Assembly: GCF_024521635.1 (NCBI RefSeq)
Contig: NW_026250412.1
Location: 682,001 to 746,000, forward strand
Direction: 5' to 3'
DNA: 64,000 bases
DNA from: Tricharina praecox
Taxonomy: Eukaryota
The first letter of the stretch is position 1; each line of letters opens with the position of its first letter. A model generated the notes under the pieces. That model saw nothing but the letters and a program-made list of their open reading frames with translations. It searched no databases and had not been told where the DNA came from. Positions 13,173 through 24,454 of this stretch are shown piece by piece. A program made the translations under genes and the position numbers.

Positions 13173-14344
13173 ATGGCCGGACGGAGCCCGGCTTTTCAGG
13201 AGGAAGTCAGGAGGCCTGAAGAGCGGATACCAAAGCTAAATACCGGATGCCGAAGACTGGATACCGAACACCAAAGACTCAGGTGTCCGGGGGTCCGGTG
13301 AAAACACCGTTTTTTTTGGTTCATTCGATCGTGGATTGCGTGCGGCCTACCGACCTATCCATCTACTATATAGTACCAGTAAATAATGGCAGTACACACA
13401 CATTCCGTTTCTATGTCTACTGTCCAACTCAATGAGTCCACTCTCGTCAAGCGGGCCAGATGTGGCTTCCACATGCCCTCCGCCCTGACCATTAAACCTT
13501 GATGAAGACCCAGTTTTTGCTTATGTTTAACCATTAATTACACGACCTAGCACTACTGTAGTAGGTCATAGCGATATACTCTACACATACAGGTTCAGAC
13601 CCATCGATCGCACGGTACAGCCGAGTGACACTCTATGCCTCCCCCCCATTTCGGCCTCCGCATCTCGGCGTCATTTCGGCGAGGCGGTCCTCGGGATGGC
13701 GCTCGGGAGGATTTCCGGCCCGCACACACGCACGCTCGCTTCCACCTCCGAGTTTCCCAACCCACCCCATCGCAGCGTGCACACTGCACACTGCAGCAAA
13801 ACCTGCGTCCGTGTTGATCCTGCAAATCTGAAATCTGGAGTGGGTATGATTCCAAATCTGGAGTACCGTATGTACAATTCCAAATCTGGAGTACAATTCC
13901 AAATCCGGAGGAAATGGAGTATATCCGCATTATTTCCGATTCCCTGTATGATAGTATGGGGCCCGGGGGTGTGTGTGCGTGTGTGCGTGTGTGCGTGTGG
14001 GTGGAAGATGATGGCAGGTGGCGGTCGGTGGGTGATCGATTTGCAATACAGATGTCGTCATCCCCCATGGCACATCCCCCGTCCCCCTCCCCGCGCGCTC
14101 CCCTCGCACGCCGGGGTTCTCCGCCATAGCACCGCACCGTCCACCACCGCAGAAATAAACCAAAACAAAGACACACGCACGCAAACCCGCCGAAATCCGA
14201 GCCTCCGAAACCGAAAGCATAAATACCCCCCCCCCCCACACACACACGAAGGAATTGTCGCTGCTTGCTCATCGACAAATTTCCTCGTCTCAACCGATAC
14301 TCACCATAGCTTCTCTACTCCGCCGCTTCTTCGGAACTTCAACC

Positions 14345-14829
14345 ATGGTCTCTGCCGCTGCGAAAACGAAGGTTCAGAAGATTATCGACGAGAACCCGGT
14401 TGGTACGTATTACGTTGGATGAGGGGATGGGGGGATGAGAGGTGGGGATGGGGGGTGTGATGCGTAAGATTCGTTGCTGATGGGATGGAACCGTGAATAG
14501 CCGTCTTCTCCAAATCCCACTGCCCCTACTGCCGCGCCTCAAAGACTACGCTCTCGGAGCTGGGCGCAAAGTTTTACGTCCTTGAGCTCGACCAGATCGG
14601 TACGTTCTAGCTACGTGCTGTTTCTTTCAACGTCCCCGCCGCGAGGGAATGCTAATCCCGTGTATGAATAGATGATGGTGCCGAGCTCCAGGAGGCTCTT
14701 GCCGAGTTGACGGGACAACGCACCGTGCCAAACATCTTCATCGACAAGCAGCACATCGGCGGAAACTCGGATCTGCAGGCTAAGAAGAGCCAGCTGCCCC
14801 AGTTGCTCAAGGCTGCTGGAGCTGCTTAG
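14345..14829 (+). CDS. grx1: Dithiol glutaredoxin (CPYC), 3 exons: 14345-14402, 14501-14599, 14672-14829
   Basis: Spliced translation MVSAAAKTKVQKIIDENPVAVFSKSHCPYCRASK...LELDQIDDGAELQEALAELTGQRTVPNIFIDKQHIGGNSDLQA...AAGAA*. GTACGT...TAG introns with CTGAT/CTAAT branch sites. Not listed in the ORF track because of the introns. Confidence 0.95.
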
Positions 14830-15000
14830 ACGAAGAGGCTGAGGAGGAGGAGGAATGGGGGGTTTTCACGCTGTTTTCTTAGAGTAAACTTGCGTGTGCT
14901 CAATGAATAAAGATGGTTCTTTGATGTAATGCGATTTCTCCGGTATGAATGTACACGTATAAACAGCCAGCCAGCCCACAATCCCCAATTTTGTTTTACT

Positions 15001-16176
15001 TTACACCCCCAACGTCGCCGCGGGCCTCGACGCCAGCGCCAACACGCCCTCGATGATGCTCTTTCTTGCCGGCTCACTGGCGGGCTTCGCACCTGCCAGG
15101 TAACAGAGCCACAGGGCCTTAGCCACGCGCGGATCCCTAATGCTACCCAAATTCTGCACCGTCTGCTCCTCACCCTTCCCGCCGAGCTTACCATCGTTGC
15201 GACCCGTCGGATCGTAGTACACACCGAACACGCCGGCCGCGTCCCGTGCCAGCAGCAGCGTCTTCTGCTTGGGCACGCTCTTCTTGAACGCGCCGCCAAA
15301 CAGCGCCTTGAACTCTGCCAGCGCGGCCGTGAAGGCGTCGTCGTCGTACGATTCATTCTTGGTCGAGCGCGCTTGGATCCCGCGGACCCAGCCGTCGCGG
15401 AGGTGCTGGAAGTCTGCGCCGCATTAGCCCCTCTTCCCCCTCCCTACTGCGACGGCGACAGAGAACAAACCAGTATTCCTCGTCGGCACGATCCTGAACA
15501 AGCTCCGGAACTGCGCGCCGCCGGCGAGCACCTCCTCCCACAGCTTCTCGCCCTCGACGGGATCAAGCAGGCGCTTCCTGAGCTCCTCCTTCTCCAGCGC
15601 GGTGATCGAGCTCGCTGTCGGATCAACCCTGCGCACGAGCGCAGTCTGCACCGCCGCCAGGTCATCAACATGCACGTAGAAACCGACGACATACACCTGG
15701 ATGCTGAGGAAGCTGACAGTCCTGATCCCGAGGCCGAGCAGCGCGTACTCGGCATTGTCGGGGGCAGTGACGCGGGTGGGGAACGGCGGGACGCTGGTAG
15801 TGCCCGAGTCGACGAGGCCGTCGCCGAGCTGCAGGGCGACGGGTGTGGCAGGATCGAAGCCGGCGGTTGCTGGTGCAGGCGCTTCGGTCTTGTGGGCGGG
15901 CTCGTTGGCGATCAGGTAGACTAGCGCGACGAGGCCGACGCCGCCCGCGCCGAGCATCCAGCGGCGCCGCTGCATGGAGATTTCCTCCTGCGAGTGTTTT
16001 CCGGCCGCCGAGGACGGCGAGGTGGGGCGTTTCGGTGGCGGCCGCGGGCGCACGGCAGTCGGTGGCTTGGGGAGGTTGTAGAGGCCGTGCAGGTCCTGGC
16101 GGACGGTGGCGTAGCCGCGGCGGCAGAGCGCCTGGCGTGGGCAGAGCTGGAGGAGCGCGCGGGTCGTGGTGGCCAT
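15001..16176 (-). CDS. AIM18: Aim18/Aim46-like mitochondrial chalcone-isomerase-fold protein; intron 15470-15414
   Basis: Arg-rich presequence MATTTRALLQLCPRQALCRRGYA, one TM segment, motifs LLGLGIRTVSFLSIQVYVVGFY, RIVPTRNTDFQHLRDGWVRGI and LWLCYLAGAKPASEPARKSI. Confidence 0.88.
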
Positions 16177-16631
16177 TTTGCGGATTGTGTGGTGGTTGTT
16201 TGTTGGGTGTTTATTGTTGTTTGGCGGGGAGGTGCGTTTCCGGAGGTGAAGGTGGCGTGGTATGGGGGGCTTGGCATAGGTAATACACATACTAATGGCA
16301 TGCAGGAATATAAATATCACTCGGCGAATCGTCAGCAGAGCTCTGGGGGACCATTCGTATTCCCATTTCAACCGACAAACCGTGCCAGAATCACAAAAAC
16401 CTATTGCCTACAGAGAACCACACCGACAACAATGAACCCATGTAAAAATGAAAAACACCCCCGTGTGCAAGTAAGTAGCTGTAGATCTTATGCTATTACC
16501 GGGAACGGTGACTGAAAGAACCCCAACCAACCCAGTCGCCGGAGAAGGAATTCCAAAGTCAAAGTAAACGGGAAAAAAAGAACAAGCAAAATCGTCTATG
16601 ATCGCATCCTCTCCCTCCCTCTTTCTCTCTC

Positions 16632-17312
16632 TTATGCAGATTCCCTGAGGGCCTTGTCCAAAGCATCCAAAGCACCCTGGATCTCCCTGACGACCTCTTT
16701 CCGCCTAGCTCTGATCTTGGGGTCTTCCGTCTCAACTCCATCAAGCTTCAGCAGCTCTCCCATGATGGTCTCCCCCAGTCTCCGATGAATGTCGGCCCTC
16801 TTCTCTGGCGATTCCGCTCCATCACCGGCGATGAAATCGTCAACGAGCGGGAAGAGCGTGGCGACGACATGATCACGAACAGCCTCGATCTTCTCGGAGG
16901 GACCGAGCTTCACCTTCGGGGGCGGCGGCAGGGTAGCAGCAGCAGTGTTGGGCCCGGGCCTCGACGGCGGAGCAGAATTCGTGCCCACGGCGAGGATCTT
17001 GGCACCGTGCTCGATACCCAGCGTCTGCAGTGTGACGTTGTCGTCCTTAAGCTGGCGGCCGGCACAGATGAGCGAGAGGCGCTTGACATCGACACTGGTG
17101 ATCTCGGCAACCTTGTCACGAAGGTGACCGACGTTGAGGGCGTGCGTCGCAATCGTGTTGGTGGGGTACTTGAAGAGGTACTCGTTCGCGCCGTGCTTGA
17201 CCGTCAGAACGTCCTCCGGTCTGTAGGGATCGACCGAGTTATCGCCGGAGATGGGGCCGGCGTACACCGGGGGTGGGCCGCCGCCACCGCCGAGTCCCAG
17301 GAAGCGACGCAT
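16632..17312 (-). CDS. BAG-domain Hsp70 co-chaperone with ubiquitin-like domain (Bag101/Bag102/BAG1-like); first AUG at 17312, frame open upstream to 17576
   Basis: UBL-like segment VGHLRDKVAEITSVDVKRLSLICAGRQLKDDNVTLQTLGI and BAG motif HRRLGETIMGELLKLDGVETEDPKIRARRKEVVREIQGALDALD. Confidence 0.9.
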   Translation of the reverse strand: MRRFLGLGGGGGPPPVYAGPISGDNSVDPYRPEDVLTVKHGANEYLFKYPTNTIATHALNVGHLRDKVAEITSVDVKRLSLICAGRQLKDDNVTLQTLGIEHGAKILAVGTNSAPPSRPGPNTAAATLPPPPKVKLGPSEKIEAVRDHVVATLFPLVDDFIAGDGAESPEKRADIHRRLGETIMGELLKLDGVETEDPKIRARRKEVVREIQGALDALDKALRESA

Positions 17313-20300
17313 TATGATGGCGGTGGTGGTGATGAAGCCGATCGAAAGGGCGAGGTGTGGGAGGAGATCGATCAATGGCTTTGGGGGCGAGTCCGGGGCG
17401 ATGTAGAGTTGGAGAGCGGCGAGCAGAGAATCGAGATTGGAGATGTATGGATCCAGATGGGGACCGATCCGTGCGAGGTAGGGAGCGAGAAGGGAGTTGG
17501 CACGCTCTATGTAGGGAGCGATGCGGATGAGGTAGTCGTGGGGTGTTGGGTGCGCCAGCTTGACGGTTGGTGTAGGTTAAAGTGGAAGAGGGGGTGGTAA
17601 TTTTTTGGCGTGGTTTGGTTGGGGGGTGGGGTGGGTCGTGTCAAACCCGTGACGTCGGGGAACTTTGCTCTACTTTGCGTGATTGAGCGACTGGGCTTTT
17701 CGTTGGCGGATTGATCCGAGGGTGTTCTCGAACAAAGAATCGAGCAGGCAGCAGTGGCGTAACGTGGTCCAAATGCAATGCACGGTAATGCGAAATCTTG
17801 GGGGGAATCGGGGGTGGCAGCCAAGAGAAGCAGTACAAATCACCAAGCAACGGGATAGCGGACGGGCAATCGCTAGAGTACTTTTGTATATCACTCCAAT
17901 CTAATCCCGAATCGAGAATAATGTCTGCTGCAGAGTTGGTTGTCGAATGCGCGATGTGATGGTGGTGATGGTGTTGCTGGTGGTGGTGGTGGTGATGAAT
18001 TCGAACGGGAGGGCTGTAGGCGCATGTGCGTATGCGGAGAAAGTGTTGAGTCTGCAGAAAGACAAAAGTGTGCGAGGGAGTGTGTGCTGTGAGGGCGATG
18101 GAATGCGTTTGTCAGGAGGAGGGACTCGGTGTCGTGAGGTGAGCGGAAGGGGCGTGACTGCAAGTGACTTTGACGCTCAGGACTCAGCACTCAGGAGTTG
18201 GCTCTTTTGACACGGTTTCCGCCCAGCGAGTCAGCCACCCTACCCTACTCTAGTGGGTGTGTCTCCCTCCCAGGCCAAGCTTTCCGGAGCTTCGGAATCG
18301 CGATATCTCATCCGCAACGAGAGTAAGCAGAGTACGATACAGTAAATTAGAGTATGATACAGTAGAGCAGAGTGGAATAGAGTAGAGCAGGTAGAATAGG
18401 GTATTGGCTCTCGGTCAGGAAGTCAATGAGACATGGCAAAAATCTAAACTCTGCTGCCTGCCGATATACCTATTTTCCAGAGCTATCGTATGTATGATAC
18501 GTATCCCGATTCGCCGGACCATTTAGAGACAAAGGCAAAGCATCTGCCGTTCGGAACACGGAACAGAAGAGGAGAGAAGTTCTGAGAAGAGAGGGAGACG
18601 AAGGATGACCATTGACCGGTCTCGCCCGAAGCCATTATTCCGGTACTCTATCAACAGAGTAGAGTAGGTAGTAGATGCCTGCCGCATCGAACAGGTGAGA
18701 CGTGTGTGGATGTGGGAGTGCACATTCCTCACCCTGCTTGGGAGTTTGGGACGGGACGAATGAAGGTCTTCGAGATGTCGGAAAGGGCGCAAGATTCCCA
18801 GCCTCAGCCTCAGCCTCAGCTTCTTCCAAGCTGCTGCCTCGTACTACTAATAAGTACTCTCATATACTTGGGCGCAGCCCGAAGGCTTGCGGCAGACAGA
18901 ACCACCGGCAGGCGACAGGTAGTGAGTCGTCGTCGCGTCTCTGCATATGTACTGTACAAACATCCGTGGCAAACGCGGATGGTGCGCATGGCCATCGCAT
19001 CTACCACTATACTACCGTATATAGTATATATCGATCAACACAGGGATGGTACTACCGGTAGGTGGTAGCTATCCCACGGCTTTCGGTGGACTCCCACGGC
19101 GCTGGCAATTTTGAGACAACGATAGTAGGTAGCGTCCCGGCGGTCCGTATCCTGCGAATGGGGGCCATTTCCGACGGTAACTATGGGCATGGTTACCGGA
19201 GCCGATAGGTAGCTTCCTGAGAGTAGAGTACATATCTGGAGTACATACCGGAGGTGCTTGCAGTTACCGCTGAATGCTACGGTATATACATTCCGCGCTG
19301 CTGCGAGTTCTCTCGTGGGTATCTGAATGGCAAAAGGGCATGCCCTTTCGTGGCTCTCCTGGCCGGTGTCTGACTCCGGGGATGGCTGACTACCGGTACA
19401 TACCCAGAGTTAGTACCGTAAGGCAGGTGATCGGCAGGAGAGGAGGAGGCAACTCGCCGATTTTGCCACATACGCAGCTCAGCTGGCGGCAGGCGGATGA
19501 TGGAATACTACTCCCCCAATCAATACCGTACTCCTCACAGACACCACCACCGCCACACCGTGTCTCTCGGAGAAACGCCTCTGCCCTGCTGCCTAAGCCA
19601 TGTCAACGCTTTTTAGATATTTAACCTGCCTTTTTGCAGCTCAATCACACAGCGCTGTGAATACCTATTGGCTCTTTGATGAGCTGGTTCGGACGATACC
19701 ACTGGAGTGGAGCAGAGTATGGCCCTCAGTAAGACGCCATCTGCCCTTCCGGTGATGTTCCACTGTCGGTGTCGCACTCCAGTCTCCATCACCTCCAAAC
19801 AACTCCCCCAATCGAGCCTCTAGGATTCTGGGTGGCGAGGGACGCTACCTGGTAATTGCAATATTCGGTGCGAGACATACTGAATTACTCGTGAATGGTG
19901 AATTCTGAACTAGGTGGGTATTCGTGTCTGGTGGTGGCCGATGAACGTTTGGTATCCTGCCAGGAGCTAAAGTGATGGAGTTTGTGTATGTGGGTTGTAC
20001 CGGTAGTCGAGAGGAGGTGTAGGCATGTGAACTTCCTCCCACCGCATCGGTCCCACATGCGGCATTCAGCGGTGCAAACCTCCAAGCCGAGACGGGGTAT
20101 GTACCTGCGGGCAAGCGCGGTTCTTCAAGTCCGAATTGGATCCGACTAAGTACCTAGCATGACGTGAATGAAGCCTCAGACTTCAGGCTTCAGGCTGACG
20201 TTGGTTCCTGCATTACTCCACTCCGGCTCGGTCGACTGTGAGACGAATCTGAATAGACCCTCGACGCCTACTAGCTAGTAGCGTTTGTACCTATGCTGAT

Positions 20301-22506
20301 TACGAACGGACATTGATCTTTGAACCCTCCGTATGCACGCACGCAACCATCCCTTGCACCTGCGTTGTGAGATTTTCACATTCGTGCACCGAAAGTTATG
20401 CATGATGCACTGCTCGACGCTCGCTCGCTCGTGGGACCCCTCCTCGCCCGCCAAGGGAGGGATGGGGGGAAGGCGGGAGGATCGAGCTCGCTTAACGTTA
20501 ACGTTAACCTGCATTGCCTACGCCCACTCTATCTATGAGTCTATTCATATGTCGCTCGACCCCCCCCCCGCCCAGCCGCGTTTGACGCCTGGTTTCCTGG
20601 TCTTTGAGGCGGTGAAACGCCGATGGCGTCCACTGGAGTGGTAGCGAACCGCTACGCTGTCAGATCGGCTTCTTCCATCCTTCGTTGCTGCCTATCTACC
20701 GGGATCCTCCCATCGCTTGATCGCTTCATCAGGGGCACTATGATCCTGGCCACTGTGAAGTTCCCTAGATACCGTACCGGACGTCCGGCGGCCTGCCGCG
20801 TTGCTTAAGCACGGAGCACGGGGTGGGGGTGGTACGGTCACGGAAGTTCCTGGGACCTGCACGCACTTTACGCGGCGGCGACGGGCGTCGAAGCCGCCGC
20901 GTGCCCCGAGGTCTTCGGAATGCAAGGAGGCGAGGGGTGGGAGTAATGATGGTGGTGGTAGTGGTGGAAGGGAAGGGGATTTGGGGTTTGGGGATTAAGG
21001 ACGGAGAATGATTGAGTTCTGTGAGGACCTATTCTCACTCACTACTCGATGACTGGCCCTCGTTGGAGGAGGGGGATTTAGAGGTTGACAGCTATCCGGT
21101 CTTTCGGCGCAAGTATCCCGTTTGTTCCAAGCGTGGAGCACGATTGGCGACGGACAAGCCTCGGTGGAATGATAGGTAGCCCGGCTTCCGCGAGAAGGTA
21201 GAGCGTTCTGCTAATAGCACCGTAGTCGACTTCTCGGCGAAAGGGCAAGGGGCGCTTGCTGTCGAGTCGACCGCACGAGGTCATTTCGTCAGGGGCAATG
21301 ACTCCAGCTACCAAGGTAATTGGCAATGAAAGTCCCACGCCGAATGCGTCACGCGAAATGCCCCACGGAGAAGACTCCTACATACACCCACAGAAGCACC
21401 CAGCGGCCAGATCGATGAAGCCGTAAATATCTCTTGACGAATCTTACCGCAGTTTCCCATTGACCACCAGAGTCGCACTCGCCACGTGACGTTGAGCCCT
21501 CGTGGCCGGCGATGACTGATCCAAGCGGATTTGTACTAGTAGCTAGCGCGGGGGGGGGGGTCGTCGCTTAGCAAGACCATGGGGTTCGAGCTGTGGTGGA
21601 AACACATTCTTGTTGGTGCTTCTCCTTGCGCATCAACAATTGGCATCTCGGAGTCGCTTTTCTGTGCCCCCCCGCCTTCCAGCCTTTCAGCCTTGCATGT
21701 TTGCCACCGTCATCTGCAGCTCATGTGACCGTGAAACTTCTCTGTGGGATTCCTTCTATGCATACCCACTCTTCTCTGCCTTCCGCCGGTACCCTACCAC
21801 TGAGGTTGCCATTGCTCGATTGAGGTTCCTGAGATGCCCACAGAGATGAGACCAGGATGTTTGCGGAGAGTACCAGCTGCTGCTAGAGTGCCGCTATGCC
21901 AACCCGCAAACAGAAACCTCCTGGAACTCCCTTCCTCTCTCCTTCACACACCACCTCCCCCGAGCTCCCTACTTTTTAAATTCTTCTCTGCTAACCTTCG
22001 AGCAGACGCATTCGAGAGCGCCATTCTCGGCCGCCTCGATACTTACCCATTGGTCTTTCTCTTCTGCATCACATTAATACTATTGGACTATTGGCTGCCA
22101 TCTCTCTCCCATTCTGATTCAGTGGTTTCGTTTCGCTTCGACCCTCCGCTCTTTGCCAAAGCAACCCTAGCCACCTGCCCACACTTGCTGCAACTGCATT
22201 TGCCCCCCCCCCGTTTTCTCGGTTCCGCCCTCTTCGTCGTCGTCCGTGTCGACTTGTGTGGCCAACCTTCCACCACTTCAAACTTCCGCCCCCCATAGCC
22301 TCAAAACCCAACCACCCTATCTTTTGAACCCACTGCACGAAAAGAAAGAAAAAAACATCACCTCTTCTTCCCCCCCACCGTCAACTCCCATGAGTTAGAG
22401 GAAGCTGCACACTACCCTCCCCAATACGATCCGTTCTCGTCTTTCTTCGTCTCGACAGAAAAGTTCTCGCTCACACCACAGACTTGAGCTTGTCGAGACG
22501 TCCAGA

Positions 22507-24454
22507 ATGACGGCTGTATCGACTTTGCCTTCTACCTTTACGCCTCCTGCGTCGTCGCATGGCAAGAAAAACAGCGAAAGGGGCGATTGGGAATTCAGTG
22601 TGCCGATAGATGGTGTAAGTAGAAACCCATCGAACCCGCTCTGTTTCTTCGGAAAGACGCGTTTCGAAACGTTTTTTTATGTTTTTATTCTTTTAATGAT
22701 GAATGGACTGACTGACACTCGTGTTCGTTTGTCCCCATAGGGCGATGATGGCGATGTCTTTCAAGGACCACACAGCCATAACCTCTTCAACCACCGAAAC
22801 TACACCACCGAAAAACCCCACGCTGGGTCAGCCACGAAGGGTGACTTCAACGGCTCGCACATCAATGGGTACAGTAATTCTCCGAGCAGCGACTACGACG
22901 ATCGCACTGCAGGGCAGGCTGGAGACGACGGCAGGCATTACAGCGACTACCTGGCTGCTCCACGAGCACCTTTACTTTCTGCAAAACACGACTCGGTAGT
23001 GTCGTCCAACCACGACGGAGATTCCGTCTTTGACTTGTACGGTGGCAGGATGTCGGTGGGTAGCGGCGTCAACGACGACTTTTCGGGCCCCACGTTGGTA
23101 TCGGAGGAAGATTATACCAACAGCCATGCTCTGAAACAGTCCGATCGGGTGGGCAATGGTGGAGGATCGGAAGCGTCAAAATGGATTCACAGGGACAAAC
23201 TGGCTCAGATCGAGGGAAACGAGGCTGACGACTACCTTTTCGATATCGGGCAGTCACGGTGGATCCACAAGGACAAGCTTGAGATGATCGAGATCGAAGA
23301 GCTGCAGCGGAATGGTGGATCACCCTCACAGGCAACCAGCACCCTGCCGGGAACCGACGACAAGGACCTCCAGCAACATCGAGCTTCCTCCCACCTCGGT
23401 TCCGATGACGACGACGAGATCCACGGTCCCGATTTCTATGAGATCAGGACGCCGGAGGAGCTAGCCGCCGAACAATCACAGGAAATCCACGAGCTACGGA
23501 AAGGCTTCCGCCGCAATCCCTCGTATTCTCGGATACCGCTCGCATCGATGTCGCCCCACCCGATCCCGCAGCAGTTCATTGAGCGGACGACACCGCTGCC
23601 CCGCACAGCTGTGACACCTAATGGCTCGGACGATGGTCATACGATGGTTATGCCTACGCTCCGAAAGCGTTCGTACTCTGCTGGATCGAACATGCTTCTG
23701 GACGACCGAGAAAACACACCGGTGGAACAAGGGACACCAACGCCAGCCAGCAATCTGAAATCACGAGCCGTCGCTTCGCCCACGCGAGCGAGTAAGACCG
23801 CCTCTCGTACGAACTCGATGGCAGGAAAGCAACGCACTCGATCGAACCCCCAGCTTAACCACCGACCAGGAACTTCCGCGTCATATCTATCTCACGGTCC
23901 TCCTCCGGGTTCTTCACACAAGAAGCCGGAAGGACAGCCACCCTGGGCATTGGCGAGCTACAAGCCAGACCCAAGTTTACCGCCCGACCAACAGATCATT
24001 CCAACCCTTGCCAAGCGGCTACAGCAGGAACAATGGGAACGGGATGGCGTGTATGCTACTGTCTACGATCGGGAAATGCGGCCCCTGCAGGTGGGTGCCG
24101 CCCCGGGTGAGGCTGAGAAGCCGGTTGCTGCGCAGCTCGAACGTCCCGAATCACCCAAGGAAGAATGGCCTTTGAAGAGCTCGCCACCGACAGAGCCCTC
24201 CGAACCAGCAAATCGGCACGAACATAAGCCTAGTGTTGCGGAGGGTGGATATCGGACAATTCCTAGTGTGAGTATCTTGCCGAGTTACGTCACCTTGCTT
24301 CTGGGTGCTTTGCTGACATACTTTGATCTGTATATAGATCCAGAATCGCCCCGCACACGAATCTGCGGCACCACCACCGGTAATCAAACAGATGCAACCC
24401 GTCGACGAAGACAACGAAAAGAAGAAGAAATTCGGTTGCTGCATCATCATGTAA
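22507..24454 (+). CDS. teaR: TeaR/Mod5-like prenylated cell-end marker; exons 22507-22614, 22741-24267, 24338-24454
   Basis: Motifs SKWIHRDKLAQIE and PEGQPPWALASYKPDPSLPPDQQIIPTLAKRLQQEQWERDG. The spliced C-terminus is KKKKFGCCIIM* (polybasic plus CaaX). GT-AG introns keep the frame. Confidence 0.82.

Noticed and set aside
14929-17600. Long plus-strand ORFs (331 aa, 271 aa)
   Set aside because: They are antisense shadows of the GC-rich AIM18 and BAG coding regions.
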